DNA of 61,852 nucleotides from Candidatus Eiseniibacteriota bacterium (GCA_041946735.1 JBHGAY010000030.1:1-61852), one strand, 5' to 3'. Shown: positions 36,942-49,874, numbered from the stretch's first letter. The notes: generated by a model from the letters alone, not told the origin. Program-made: numbers and translations.

Positions 36942-38212
36942 TACTTCCTCCCGCCGCTGAACAGCCGGCCGATCCACTGGAACATCGTGGCCCTCCCGAC
37001 GGCCTCCGCGGCGAGCGCGGGGACCGCATACACCTTGCCGTCGGAGTCGTGGACCTCCACCGTCCCGAGCGTGTCGCCCTGATCGATGGGGGCCTTGAGC
37101 CCCTTCCTTGGGACGAGAACGGGCGCGGGAACAGGCGCCCGTTCGGGAAGGACGAGGAACAGAGGCGCCCCCGCCACCGCCGGCACGACCTCTTTCCGGC
37201 CACCCGAGATCCGCACGCCTCCGGGCAACGGCGCGCCCGCCTCGAAGACCGTCACCTTCCGGAGCTGCGCGAAGCCTGCGCCCAGCAGCCTTGCCGATTC
37301 GTCGAAACGCGCGCGGTTCGACTCGGCGCCGAGCACGACCGAAATCAGGCGCAGGCCGTTTCGCTGGGCGGTCGAGCAGAGGCAGAAGCCGGCCTTCTCC
37401 GTGTAGCCGGTCTTGAGTCCGTCGAGACCGGCGAACCGGCCCAGCAGCTTGTTCGTGTTCGTCAGCTTGAACTCGCCGTTGCGGAAATCGGTCTCCTGGA
37501 TGCTCGACCACTCGAGCACGTGAGGCATGGCGACCAAGCGGCACGCGATCGTCGAGATGTCGCGCGCGGTCGTGACGTTCCCTTCGCCCGGCTGGTCGTC
37601 CAGACCATGAACATTCACGTAGCGCGTGTTCTCGAGCCCCAGCTCCTTGGCCCGAATGTTCATCAGGTCGACGAATCCCTCGGAGCTTCCCGCCACGTGC
37701 TCTGCGACGGCGACGCAGGCGTCGTTGGCGGAGTGGATCACGATCGCCTTGAGCAGCTCCTCGAGGGGAAAGACCTCCCCCTGCGCGAGGTAGACTTGCG
37801 AGCCCCCGATCTTGCTCGCCCAGGCGGACACCTGGATCGGCTCCTGGAGGGTCAAGGTCCCCGCCTGGATCTTCTCGAGGACGATCAGCTCGAGCATCAA
37901 CTTGGCGATGCTCGCCGGCGCTCTCGGGAGATCGGCGTTCTGCTCGTAGAGGACTTCGCCGGTGGTCGGCTCGACCAGGATCGAAGCGACGGCGCGAGGC
38001 GGGCTCATCTGGAGCGCCGAAGCCTCGGCGGTCCCAGCGCCGAAGCCTAAGCCGGGGCCGAAGTCGAAGCCGAAGCCGAAGCGGGAGCCGGAGTCGAAGC
38101 CGAAGTCGAAGCCGAGGAAGGATCCGAGGAGGACGAGGAGAGGGACGAGAAGGACGACGACGAAGATGCCCGAACGAGGCGGCTCGCTCCACGGACGCCG
38201 ACCTTGCCGCAA
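36941..38212 (-). CDS. D-alanyl-D-alanine carboxypeptidase (S11); start uncertain
   Basis: ASIAK, SAN and KTG motifs; PBP5-like C-terminal domain. Confidence 0.9.
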   Translation of the reverse strand: MRQGRRPWSEPPRSGIFVVVLLVPLLVLLGSFLGFDFGFDSGSRFGFGFDFGPGLGFGAGTAEASALQMSPPRAVASILVEPTTGEVLYEQNADLPRAPASIAKLMLELIVLEKIQAGTLTLQEPIQVSAWASKIGGSQVYLAQGEVFPLEELLKAIVIHSANDACVAVAEHVAGSSEGFVDLMNIRAKELGLENTRYVNVHGLDDQPGEGNVTTARDISTIACRLVAMPHVLEWSSIQETDFRNGEFKLTNTNKLLGRFAGLDGLKTGYTEKAGFCLCSTAQRNGLRLISVVLGAESNRARFDESARLLGAGFAQLRKVTVFEAGAPLPGGVRISGGRKEVVPAVAGAPLFLVLPERAPVPAPVLVPRKGLKAPIDQGDTLGTVEVHDSDGKVYAVPALAAEAVGRATMFQWIGRLFSGGRK

Positions 38213-38602
38213 TTCCCCTCCCTTCAGGGACCGCGCCGCCTTCGCCCGGCCGCGCCGGCTCTCCCCGTGACGTCGCTGAAACCAAGCTACTCAACGAGTT
38301 AGCCCGAACCCGCTCGCGTCGGCATGCTAACACCCGCCTATTCGCCCGTCAATCGGCGGTGCCCGCGCAACCGCTTGGGGAGACGCAGGTCCGGATCGCC
38401 GGGCGGCCGGCGCCTGTCGGACGAGGCGCCGCGCCCGCCGAATTGGCGCTTGCCTTCCGCAACGTCCTCCTCGCGTCCTGCATCCCGCGCGCGACGGCGC
38501 GCGGCGCCGGCGAGCGCCGCCTCCCCCACTTCATCGGACGCTTTCCGCGGACAGCGCGCACCTTAGAGCGGCGGGCGGCGGAGGCCCGTTTTGCGCCGCC
38601 GG

Positions 38603-38617
38603 TGGCGTCGATCTTGC
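38603..38617 (+). promoter_or_regulatory. Putative sigma-54 promoter
   Basis: TGGCGTCGATCTTGC (GG-N10-GC) about 70 bp upstream of ATG 38686. Confidence 0.4.
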
Positions 38618-38685
38618 GCGGTCGGCCGCGGAGTTCTCCCGGAGCGTGTCGAGGAGCGGGAGCGGCAAATTCCCCGGAGGATCGA

Positions 38686-41600
38686 ATGCGTCGACCGGTC
38701 GCCCTCGCTGCGGCCCTCTTGATCCCGTGCCTGTTTCATCCGGAGTCGAGCCTCGCGAGCGTCGCGCACCATGCCTTCGGTCTCACCGAGGGGACGGCGT
38801 ACGACGTCATGCAGGGGGGCGAGTACGTCGTTCATCAAGTCGTCGCAGGGAGCGCCGGAGACCTGCACTTCCTGGCGCCTCGCAGCTCTCCGACCTCGAT
38901 CTTCCCGAGCAGCGATCCGATCGATCTGATCCCGCCGGCGCGAATCGAGGATCTGTCCGTCGAAGCGACCGGCCCCTCGACGGCGATCCTCCGATGGACC
39001 GCCGTGGGGGACGACGGGCTCTCCGGAAAAGCGGCGTCGTACGATGCGCGGCGCAGCAGCGCTCCGCTCAATGGCGAGGCGAGTTGGGACGCGGCGATCC
39101 GTTTGACGGGCGAGCCGGCGCCGGCGGAGTCCGGCGAGCCCGAGTCGCTCGCCGTCGCGGGGCTGACACCCGGCTCGACGGTCTACTTCGGGATTCGAGC
39201 GAGCGACGAGATGGGGAACGTCTCTCCCCTCTCGAACGTCGCGACGGTCACGATGCCGCCGCCGCCCGACATCATGCCTCCCTCGCGGATCACCGATCTT
39301 CACGCCTCGGGAAGCACCGATTCCACGATCACCCTGCAATGGACGGCGGTCGGCGACGATGGCCTGCGGGGCCGCGCGGCCGGGTACGACCTGCGGATCG
39401 CCGATGCGCCGATCTCGGACGGCAACTGGAGCCAGGCGACGCCCCTCGAAGGCGAGCCGGCGCCGGCCCCTTCCGGCTCGACCGAGACGTTCGTCGCACG
39501 CGCGCTCGATCCCGACCGGGACTATCACTTCGCGATCGAGGCGATCGACGAAGCGGGCAACCGCTCCGGCCTTTCGAACGACGCCGCCGGAGAGACGTTG
39601 CCTCCCTCCGATCCGCCGGTCGAGGAGGACGAGCAGCCGCCGCCGGCGATCTCCGATCTGCGGGCGCTGGAGATCGGAACCGGCTCGATTCTCCTGGCAT
39701 GGACGGCCGTCGCCGACAGCGGCGGGCCGAGCGCGGGCGAGGCGCTCGCCTCGTACGAGGGGCGCTGGAGGACCGAGGGGCCGCTGACCGAAGCGGGATG
39801 GGACGACGCCCACCCCATCGAGAACCTCCCGCAGCCGGGGGCCCCGGGAACGGCGGAGTCGCTGCGCGTCGAGGCGTTGACCCCTGACGTCCTTTACCGG
39901 TTCGGGATTCGCGGCCGCGATCGCGCGGGCAACCTGTCGCCGCTCGGCCAGGTGCTCGAGGTGCGGACGGAGAGTCTGCCGGACACGATCGTGCCCGACA
40001 CGATCGGGCCGGAGGCGGTCGTGGATCTTGCGGTCTCCGAAGACCGAGGCGTTCACAATCTCCTGCTCTCCTGGACCGCTCCCGCCGACCGCCTGCCGGA
40101 AGGGTGCGACGAGGCGCCGGACGTCGCGCGCTATCACATCCGCTTCTCCGCCGCCCCGCTCGACAGCTCCACGTGGGATGGAGCGACGGCGATCGCCGTC
40201 CTCCCGGATCCCGCCGATCCCGGCGCCGCGGAGAGCCTCCGGGTGGAAGGCCTGGACGCCGGCGTCCTGTATCACTTCGGACTGCGAAGCGAGGATGCGC
40301 GCGGCAACCTCTCGCCGCTCTCGAACGTCGCGAGCGGCTCCACGCTCGACGACACTCCCCTTCCCGACGGCGATCCCCCCTCCGGGATCGACGACCTCGC
40401 GGCGATCTCGGTCGCGTGGGACCGCATCTGCCTCGTGTGGACCGCGCCCGGCGACGATGGCGACGCCGGTCGCGCCGACCATTACGAGACGCGGCGGGCC
40501 GACACGCCGATCGAGAGCGAGGAGCAATGGGCGGGCAACGAGCCGTTCGCGCCTCCCATCTCGTGCCGCGAGGGGGGCGAGGCCGAGACGCTCTGGGTCG
40601 CCGGGCTCGAGGCGGAGGCGGTCCACTTCCTCGCGATCCGCGCAATCGACGGGGACGGCAACCGTGGTCCGATCTCCGCATCGCTGCGCGTCGAGATTCC
40701 CGCCGCGCCCGACAGCACGCCGCCGGTGGCGATCGGCGACTTGCAGGCGGCCGATGCCGACACCTCGGCCGTCCTCCTCGTGTGGACGAGCCCCTCGGAC
40801 GATCGAGCGGCGGGCGCCGCCTCGTACGACCTGCGATGGGACACGGCGGCGATCGGCGCGGAGAGCTGGGACGCCGCGCACGCGGTGGACGATCCCCCGG
40901 CGCCGCGCGCGGCCGGCGAGCCGGAGAGCCTGTGGGTCCGCGGCCTCGCGCCCGGGACGACCTATTGCTTCGCGGCTCGCAGCACGGATGCGGCGGGCAA
41001 CGTCTCGGCAATCTCGAATCTCGCCTGGGCGGAGACCGACACGATCCAGGCAGACCCGGACGATCCGGATGACCCGGACGATCCCGATGACCCCGACGAT
41101 CCTGACGACCCCGATGACCCCGACGACCCGGACGACCCAGGGGACAACGTCGCCCCCGCTCGCATCGTCGACCTCTTCGCCCGCCCCGTCGAAGGCGAAG
41201 GCTCCGGCGTTTGGCTGTTCTGGACGGCCCCGGGAGACGACGGCATGGACGGGACGGCGAGCGCCTACGAGCTGCGGCGCTCCTCCGCAGCGATCGATTC
41301 CGCGACCTGGGCGGCCGCGATTCCCGTGGCGATTCCGCTCGTTCCTGCGGCCGCTGGTTCTCCGGAGTCGCTATTCGTGGCCGGTCTACCGAGGGGAGTC
41401 GCGATCCACTTCGCCTTGCGCGCCTCGGACGAGGCGGGGAACCTCTCCCCCGTCTCGACGGACGTTTCGGCCGTCGTGCCGCCGCCATCCGACACGAGTC
41501 CGCCGCTGCCTCCGACCGGGCTGCGCGCGGCGCAGGACGGCGAGCGCGTGCTGCTCTGGTGGACTCCGTCGCCCGATCCGGATCTGGCCGGCTACTTGCT

Positions 41601-42363
41601 GTCGAGAGTCGCGGACGATGCGCCGTCCGACACGATGCGCGTCGCCGGAATCGTGTCGCCGGGCTGGGAGGACAGCACCGTCGCCCCGGGGGAGACGTAT
41701 CGCTATGCCGTCCTCGCCGTCGACAGGGCGGGGAACCGATCGGGACCGGGCAGCGAGGCGCTCGTGCAGACGTCCTGGGAGATGTTCCTTCCCGAGGTCG
41801 ACGGTTTCGCGATCGAGACCGAGGTGCGGCCCGAAGGCGATGCGCGGACGCTTGGCTTGCGATGGACGGCGCGCGGCGTCGCGCGCTTTGCCGGCTTCGC
41901 GGTCGATCGCTCGCCGGACGGCGGCGCGAGCTGGGAGCGCCGGACCGCCGCGACGATTCCGCCGTCCTCCGGGGAGGGGCCGTACCGGTTCGAGGAGACG
42001 CTTCCGCCCGCGCCATTCCTCTATCGCGTCGTCGCGCTCTCGCCGCGGGGCTACGAACTGCCGTTTCCGCCGGTGACCGCAGACGGGCGGCCGGCCGCGC
42101 CTGTCGATCTCGTCGGACCTCTCTATCCCAATCCGACTCGAGGGCCGCTCGCGGTGCGCTACTCGCTCGCCGCCGCCGGGCGCGTCACGATCCGCGTCTA
42201 CGACATGCAGGGACGCCTGTGCGGGAGCTGGATCGACGGCATCGAGCCGGCCGGCGAGCGCACGCGCAATCTCGAAGGGCTGCGTCTGGCAGCCGGGATC
42301 TACGTCGTCCGCATCGAGGCGGGAGGATCGAGCGAGACTCGCAAGCTGACCGTGCGTCGCTAG
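38686..42363 (+). CDS. Large secreted fibronectin type III repeat protein with a T9SS/FlgD-type C-terminal domain
   Basis: GGAGG RBS; signal peptide; seven PPxxIxDL...WTAxGDDG...GNxSxxSN modules; C-terminal YPNP...VYDMQGR...GIYVVRI. Confidence 0.88.
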   Translation: MRRPVALAAALLIPCLFHPESSLASVAHHAFGLTEGTAYDVMQGGEYVVHQVVAGSAGDLHFLAPRSSPTSIFPSSDPIDLIPPARIEDLSVEATGPSTAILRWTAVGDDGLSGKAASYDARRSSAPLNGEASWDAAIRLTGEPAPAESGEPESLAVAGLTPGSTVYFGIRASDEMGNVSPLSNVATVTMPPPPDIMPPSRITDLHASGSTDSTITLQWTAVGDDGLRGRAAGYDLRIADAPISDGNWSQATPLEGEPAPAPSGSTETFVARALDPDRDYHFAIEAIDEAGNRSGLSNDAAGETLPPSDPPVEEDEQPPPAISDLRALEIGTGSILLAWTAVADSGGPSAGEALASYEGRWRTEGPLTEAGWDDAHPIENLPQPGAPGTAESLRVEALTPDVLYRFGIRGRDRAGNLSPLGQVLEVRTESLPDTIVPDTIGPEAVVDLAVSEDRGVHNLLLSWTAPADRLPEGCDEAPDVARYHIRFSAAPLDSSTWDGATAIAVLPDPADPGAAESLRVEGLDAGVLYHFGLRSEDARGNLSPLSNVASGSTLDDTPLPDGDPPSGIDDLAAISVAWDRICLVWTAPGDDGDAGRADHYETRRADTPIESEEQWAGNEPFAPPISCREGGEAETLWVAGLEAEAVHFLAIRAIDGDGNRGPISASLRVEIPAAPDSTPPVAIGDLQAADADTSAVLLVWTSPSDDRAAGAASYDLRWDTAAIGAESWDAAHAVDDPPAPRAAGEPESLWVRGLAPGTTYCFAARSTDAAGNVSAISNLAWAETDTIQADPDDPDDPDDPDDPDDPDDPDDPDDPDDPGDNVAPARIVDLFARPVEGEGSGVWLFWTAPGDDGMDGTASAYELRRSSAAIDSATWAAAIPVAIPLVPAAAGSPESLFVAGLPRGVAIHFALRASDEAGNLSPVSTDVSAVVPPPSDTSPPLPPTGLRAAQDGERVLLWWTPSPDPDLAGYLLSRVADDAPSDTMRVAGIVSPGWEDSTVAPGETYRYAVLAVDRAGNRSGPGSEALVQTSWEMFLPEVDGFAIETEVRPEGDARTLGLRWTARGVARFAGFAVDRSPDGGASWERRTAATIPPSSGEGPYRFEETLPPAPFLYRVVALSPRGYELPFPPVTADGRPAAPVDLVGPLYPNPTRGPLAVRYSLAAAGRVTIRVYDMQGRLCGSWIDGIEPAGERTRNLEGLRLAAGIYVVRIEAGGSSETRKLTVRR
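41053..41139 (+). repeat. 9-bp coding repeat encoding (DPD)n
   Basis: DPDDPDDPDD... linker, about 9 units with synonymous variation. Confidence 0.9.
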
Positions 42364-42878
42364 CCGGCCGCGCGGGAGAGAATCCACTGGTCCATGAGCC
42401 CGTCCTCGGGACAGTCCCGTTGCCCGATCTTCCTGAAGCCGGACTTCTCTAGGACGCGCCGCGACGCGACGTTGTCGACGGAGCTCTCGGCGTAGATCTC
42501 GGTGACGGCGGGATTGCGAAAGGCTTCGGCGAGGACGGCCCGCACGCCCTGCGTCGCGTACCCCTTCCCCCAGCACGACTCCGCCACTCCGTAGCCGATC
42601 TCGACCCTGCCGGAGGCGGGCGGTCCCTTGAAGGCGGCCGAGCCGACGACGAGCCGAGCTTCGGCGTCGACGAAGAGCCAAGGCGCGCACCAGATGGCGG
42701 CGGTTCGGCGAGCGAGGCCGGCCAGCGCGAGATCGAGGAGCGGTTCGGGCGGCGCGGCTCCCTCGATGACCTCGAACGGTCCGAGCGTCCGGGCGCCTTC
42801 GAGAAGGGATCGGATCGTCGCTTCGTCGGCGAGCCTGATCTCGACGATCGTCGGATGCGAGCGGCCAGAGCCGGTCAT
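42360..42878 (-). CDS. GNAT (RimJ/RimL-like) N-acetyltransferase
   Basis: VEIGYGV...WGKGYAT, NVASRRVLEKSGF; ATGA overlap with nhaR. Confidence 0.85.
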   Translation of the reverse strand: MTGSGRSHPTIVEIRLADEATIRSLLEGARTLGPFEVIEGAAPPEPLLDLALAGLARRTAAIWCAPWLFVDAEARLVVGSAAFKGPPASGRVEIGYGVAESCWGKGYATQGVRAVLAEAFRNPAVTEIYAESSVDNVASRRVLEKSGFRKIGQRDCPEDGLMDQWILSRAAG

Positions 42879-43852
42879 TGCGGCACCTCCTTGCGCGATC
42901 GCCGCTTCGCTCCTCCCTTGACGGATCGTTGCCGCCGGCCCCCGCTCGCCGCCGTGCCGAACAACAGCGCGTGGGCTCGCTCCATCAGCCGCAGCACGCC
43001 GGGATGGACGACAGGCCGCTGCAACGAGACGGCGAAGAACTGCTCCCGCACGCGATCCAGCACTCCCACCCGCTGGACTCCGTACTGCCGCTTCACGTCC
43101 TCCTCCACCACCATCGGGACCGCGAACAGCCCGCTTCCCGCCTGTCCGAAGGTCATCGCCAGCGCCGCGTCGTCGAACTCCCCGACGACGAGCGGGCGGA
43201 TCCGATGCCGCTCGAACCACTCCGTCAGGGAGCGGCGAAGGCCGGTCGTCCGTCCCGGAAGGAGGAACGGGGCTCCCTCGAGCCGGGCCGGGAAGCTCGG
43301 GCGATGCCGCCGCGCGAGGGTCGGGGTAGCGAGAACCACGGCTCCCGACTCGCCGAGGAGCTGGCTGAACACCCGCACGCCCGCTTCGGGCCCGGGAGGC
43401 GCATCGAGGAGCAGCACGTCCAGCTCGTGAGCGACGAGTGCCGCGAGGAGCTTCTCCGGGCTGTCCTCGCGGACGATCAAGCGAATCGGATCGGGGGGCT
43501 CGAGGAGCGGCCGGATGAGACGGTACGCCATCGGCTTGGTAACGACGTCGGCGAGGCCGATCGTGACGCGCATCGGACGCCCCGCCGGATGTCGCCGCAG
43601 CGTCCCGACCAGTTCCTCTCCCAGCGTGAAGATCTGATCGGCGTAGTGGAAAGCGATCCTGCCCGTCTCCGTCAGACGAAGCCCGCGCCCCGCCCGCTCG
43701 AACAGCCGCTCTCCGAACGCGGCCTCGAGCCGGCGAATCTGGCCTGTCACGGTCGGCTGTGCGAGCCGGAGCTTCGCGGCGGCCTTCGACACGCTCCCTT
43801 CCCGCGCGGCCAGCCAGAAGTAGAGCAGATGGTTGTAGTTGAGCGGCTGCAT
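42875..43852 (-). CDS. nhaR: LysR family regulator, NhaR-like
   Basis: LNYNHLLYFW...AQPTVTGQI...YADQIFTLGEEL; GEFDDAAL. Confidence 0.88.
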   Translation of the reverse strand: MQPLNYNHLLYFWLAAREGSVSKAAAKLRLAQPTVTGQIRRLEAAFGERLFERAGRGLRLTETGRIAFHYADQIFTLGEELVGTLRRHPAGRPMRVTIGLADVVTKPMAYRLIRPLLEPPDPIRLIVREDSPEKLLAALVAHELDVLLLDAPPGPEAGVRVFSQLLGESGAVVLATPTLARRHRPSFPARLEGAPFLLPGRTTGLRRSLTEWFERHRIRPLVVGEFDDAALAMTFGQAGSGLFAVPMVVEEDVKRQYGVQRVGVLDRVREQFFAVSLQRPVVHPGVLRLMERAHALLFGTAASGGRRQRSVKGGAKRRSRKEVPQ

Positions 43853-43866
43853 CGACTGCCAGCATA

Positions 43867-43883
43867 CATCGACGAAACCGATG
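43867..43883. promoter_or_regulatory. LysR-type binding site in the divergent promoter
   Basis: CATCG-N7-CGATG inverted repeat containing T-N11-A, 15 bp from the nhaR start. Confidence 0.55.
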
Positions 43884-44076
43884 GGTCCTGCACGAACTTC
43901 CTATTTGTCCTATACGAACGAGGCCGGGAACATTCAGAGGGAGACAGGGACGGAAGCGGAAACCGCAGACGCAAGCGGAGTTCGGAGACGCAGGCAAAGC
44001 GGAGATCGTAGAGACCTGCATACCGAACGGCGAGGCTCAGGCTCGAAGACCCCGGCCTGCGGCGAAGGAGGGCACC

Positions 44077-45087
44077 ATGGAAACGAAAGGAATGCCTTGG
44101 GCGATCATCCTCGCGGGGGGGCGAGGAACGCGGTTGAGCGCGCTGACGTCGCAGGGGGACGGCGGCGTGGTTCCGAAGCAGTTCTGCAGCCTCGACGGAG
44201 GCGGCTCGATGCTCCGGGTCACGCTGGCGCGGGCCCTTTCGATCACGCGGCCCGAGCGCGTGCTGATCGTGCTGCTCGAGGAGCATCGGAAGTACTGGAG
44301 CCGCGAGCCGCTCTCGATCCCTCCGGAGAACCTGATCGTGCAGGAGCGCGACCGAGGGACCGGCACCGCCCTGCTTTGCGCCCTCCTGCGTGCCCACGAG
44401 CGCGATCCGAAGGCGCCCGTCTTCCTCCTGCCCAGCGACCACCTCGTCGATTCGGAGCGAAGCCTCCGGCGGACCATCGAGGAGGCGCTGGACGAGTCGG
44501 CGCGAGCGCATGGACGGGTCGTCGTTCTCGCCTCTCCCTCTTCGACCCCGGATCCCTCGTTCGGTTGGCTGATCCCCGGCCGGGCGGCATCCGGACGGGC
44601 CCGGTGGGTCGCGCAGTTCTTCGAGAAGCCGGATCTGACGCTGGCCGCCGAATGCGTGCGGCGGGGCGGGATGCGCCACACGCTGATGCTCGTCGGCCAG
44701 TGCCGGGCGTTCCTCGGTCTCTACTCGATCGCCATCTCGGACCTGCTGGGGCTCCGTCAAGCGGGCCTGAAGTTGCGCCGCCTGCAACCGAGCGCGCTCC
44801 TCGATCTCTACGACACGATCCCGTCGGTCGACATCGGCCGCGACGTCCTCGAGCACACCTCGTCGCGGCTGCTTCTCCTGCCGATGCCGGAGTGCGGATG
44901 GACCGACATCGGGACGGTCGAACGGCTCGAGGACTGGTGGATGGAGCATCCGGCCGCGCTGGCCGAGGTGCGCAGGAGAGGGATCCTGCCGCCCGCAGGG
45001 GAGCGGTCGGAGAAGGGAGGCGCGAGGGGAACGTCTGCCGCCGCGAACGCGGGCGAGGGCAGAAACAGCTCGATCCAGGTGCCCTGA
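44077..45087 (+). CDS. Sugar-phosphate nucleotidyltransferase (mannose-1-phosphate guanylyltransferase-like)
   Basis: ILAGGRGTRL, PKQF, RGTG, LPSDH, FFEKP, GWTDIGT. Confidence 0.85.
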   Translation: METKGMPWAIILAGGRGTRLSALTSQGDGGVVPKQFCSLDGGGSMLRVTLARALSITRPERVLIVLLEEHRKYWSREPLSIPPENLIVQERDRGTGTALLCALLRAHERDPKAPVFLLPSDHLVDSERSLRRTIEEALDESARAHGRVVVLASPSSTPDPSFGWLIPGRAASGRARWVAQFFEKPDLTLAAECVRRGGMRHTLMLVGQCRAFLGLYSIAISDLLGLRQAGLKLRRLQPSALLDLYDTIPSVDIGRDVLEHTSSRLLLLPMPECGWTDIGTVERLEDWWMEHPAALAEVRRRGILPPAGERSEKGGARGTSAAANAGEGRNSSIQVP

Positions 45088-45121
45088 TCCGCCGATCCTT
45101 CGCGGCGCACGCAAGATCCGC

Positions 45122-46360
45122 TCACGGGAGCCTCCGCTCGTCCTGTCGAAAGTGGGGAGCGGCAGGCTCCTTCTCGTCCAGAGGAACCCCCTTCGCATGG
45201 AGCGGGGGCAGCTCCGGCGCCTCGAACGCGGGCGGCGGCCTGCGAAGAAGCAGCGACGGAAGAAGCGTGTTGCCGATCGCGTAGTAGATCAGTCCCCCGA
45301 ACAGCCACGCGGGAGCGTCGAAGCGCTCGCGGAGGATCTGCGCCAGGACGAGCGTGAAGACCAGAGTGGGGAGCAGAGGAATACTCACCGTCCGGCTCGT
45401 GCGGAAGCTCTCGCCCAAGCGAAGGCGGCGGTGCAGGTCGACCAGGAACAGGCGGATCGGAACGAACACCGCGAGGAAGAAGATCCCCGTCTGAGCGGCG
45501 GCAAGCCCCAGGTCGGATCTCTGCAGCCCCTGGCCGGCGTGGAAGAAGTAGAACGGGACGAAGAGCGAGGCGAACGCTTCCACCGCGTGCAGCATGCGCT
45601 CCGAGGCCATCGCGGGGAGGCGTTCCCGCAGCCTCTGCGCGGCGATGCCGACGACGAAAGCCCCGACCAGGTAGTAGACGCCGAGCCGGCGCGTAACGAT
45701 GGCGCAGACAGCGGCGAGAATGATGAGGAATGCGAACTCCGACTTCGGGGCGTGGGGAACGATCACGCGAGCGAAGAGGCGCAGGGCGAGCGGCACGACG
45801 AGCACCAGCGAGAGCAGGATCGCGCTCGACACGACCATTCGTTGGGCGGTGACCGACTGGAGGATGACGAACATCGCGGCGAGAGCGAGCAGCTCGCTCA
45901 CGATCGCTTTCGAACGGATCCAGAAGCGCGAGTCGCGAGGAAGCCCGAGGGAGTCCAGCGACTCGAGGATGAAGCCGGTCGAGGGAGTGAGCAGGGCGAG
46001 GCTCCCGATGGCGGCGACGCGCGCCGGGAGGTCCAGAACGGTCACCCCGAGAATCGCCACGCTTGTGATCGCCCCCGCTCGGATCGCCACGTGCTCCAGC
46101 AGGACCCACTTCTCGCCGGCAAGATCCTCCACCTCCACCTCGAGGCCCGCGAAGAGAAAGAGGGAGACGATCCCGAGGGTGGAGAAGAGGTCGATCGTCG
46201 GATCGTGCGCCTCCCAGCCCAGGCCGGGACCGGCCAGCACGCCGAGACCGAACGACGCGATGGCCGCCGGGATCCGGAATCTCTGGAAGAAGCGCGGAAC
46301 GACGAAGAGACCGAACAGGAGAAGGACGTAGCGGACCTCTCCGCCCAACAGATCCCCCAT
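45122..46360 (-). CDS. Cation:proton antiporter (CPA2-like)
   Basis: About 12 transmembrane segments; LFLFAGLE, LVGAFVVG, FVPFYFFHAG. Confidence 0.85.
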   Translation of the reverse strand: MGDLLGGEVRYVLLLFGLFVVPRFFQRFRIPAAIASFGLGVLAGPGLGWEAHDPTIDLFSTLGIVSLFLFAGLEVEVEDLAGEKWVLLEHVAIRAGAITSVAILGVTVLDLPARVAAIGSLALLTPSTGFILESLDSLGLPRDSRFWIRSKAIVSELLALAAMFVILQSVTAQRMVVSSAILLSLVLVVPLALRLFARVIVPHAPKSEFAFLIILAAVCAIVTRRLGVYYLVGAFVVGIAAQRLRERLPAMASERMLHAVEAFASLFVPFYFFHAGQGLQRSDLGLAAAQTGIFFLAVFVPIRLFLVDLHRRLRLGESFRTSRTVSIPLLPTLVFTLVLAQILRERFDAPAWLFGGLIYYAIGNTLLPSLLLRRPPPAFEAPELPPLHAKGVPLDEKEPAAPHFRQDERRLP

Positions 46361-46621
46361 GAACCTCCCTTCCGTGATCGCGGCGGCGTTGGCGCGTATG
46401 CCAACACGCTGCGGCTTGGCGCGTGCGTGCCCGCGGCGGCGGAGCGCAGCGGAACGCGCGGCTGCAGGTGCGCGACCGTGCGGTGGCGCGCCTCCGTGAA
46501 AGCGCCGCCATGCAGGCGAGCAGGCATGGCCGTCATCCGAAACGGCCCCGACGGGATCGAGGACCGGCCTATCGTAGACGAAACGGCTGGCCGCCGGCCT
46601 CGGAACGGAAGGAGTGAACCC

Positions 46622-47140
46622 ATGAGTCCTCGACGCGCCGCGTTTCGCGATTCCCGGCGCCCTCGGCCGCGCCTCGTGGCGGCTCTGATCCTGCTCGCGG
46701 TTTCGGGCGCGCTGCTCGCGTCCGGCTGCGCGGCCCTGAGGCGCGCGGCGGTCTATCCGTCCGCAAGAGTGGAGGGACTCGGCATCCAGGAGCTGGACGC
46801 GACGGCGATGACGGTGCGGATCGATCTGGCCGTCACCAATCCCTACGGGGTCGCGCTGCCGGTGACCGGACTCGAGATCGGTCTGTCGAGCGACAGCACG
46901 CAGTTCTTCTCCGGCTCTGCCGCCGTCGAAGATCCGATTCCACCGTCCGGCACGCGCACGGTCGCTGTGCCCGTGCGCGTTCCCTGGCTCCAAGTCATCC
47001 AGGCGCTGGGAGCCATCCGGCCCGGCAACGAGCTCGATCTGCGCGCCGATCTCGGCTTGACGCTCCGCACTCCTGTCGCCGGCGACGTCCGGCTCCCGCT
47101 GACCTACTCGCGCCGGGTGACTGTGCCCGAAGTGCGGTGA
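46622..47140 (+). CDS. LEA type 2 family lipoprotein
   Basis: Lipobox LASGC; VTNPYGVALP motif. Confidence 0.8.
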   Translation: MSPRRAAFRDSRRPRPRLVAALILLAVSGALLASGCAALRRAAVYPSARVEGLGIQELDATAMTVRIDLAVTNPYGVALPVTGLEIGLSSDSTQFFSGSAAVEDPIPPSGTRTVAVPVRVPWLQVIQALGAIRPGNELDLRADLGLTLRTPVAGDVRLPLTYSRRVTVPEVR

Positions 47141-47275
47141 GCCGGACGGGAGCCGGGGACCGCGCCCCTCGTGCGCGCCCGTGGTACGCGCCCGTCGTGT
47201 CGCGGCGAGCCTAAAGCGGATAGAATCGGCGCGGTCGTGTCGTGCCGCGTTCTTCACCCGCTACTGGAGAGGGAC

Positions 47276-49780
<2,505 letters not shown>

Positions 49781-49794
49781 CCGCGGCGCGCGCC

Positions 49795-49874
49795 GCTCAG
49801 CCCGGCATCGGCTCGGCGCTCGCCTCAGCCTTGGATCCGCTCGGCGCGCGGCTCAGCCCGGCATCGGCTCGGCG
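49795..49874. repeat. Three 28-bp-period direct repeats between convergent genes
   Basis: gctcagcccggcatcggctcggcg at 49795 and 49851, with a degenerate copy at 49823. Confidence 0.7.

Noticed and set aside
38041..38125. GFDFGFDSGSRFGFGFDFG low-complexity segment in the carboxypeptidase N-terminus
   Set aside because: It looks like a 6-bp microsatellite expansion within the signal/linker region, with no evidence for a separate function.
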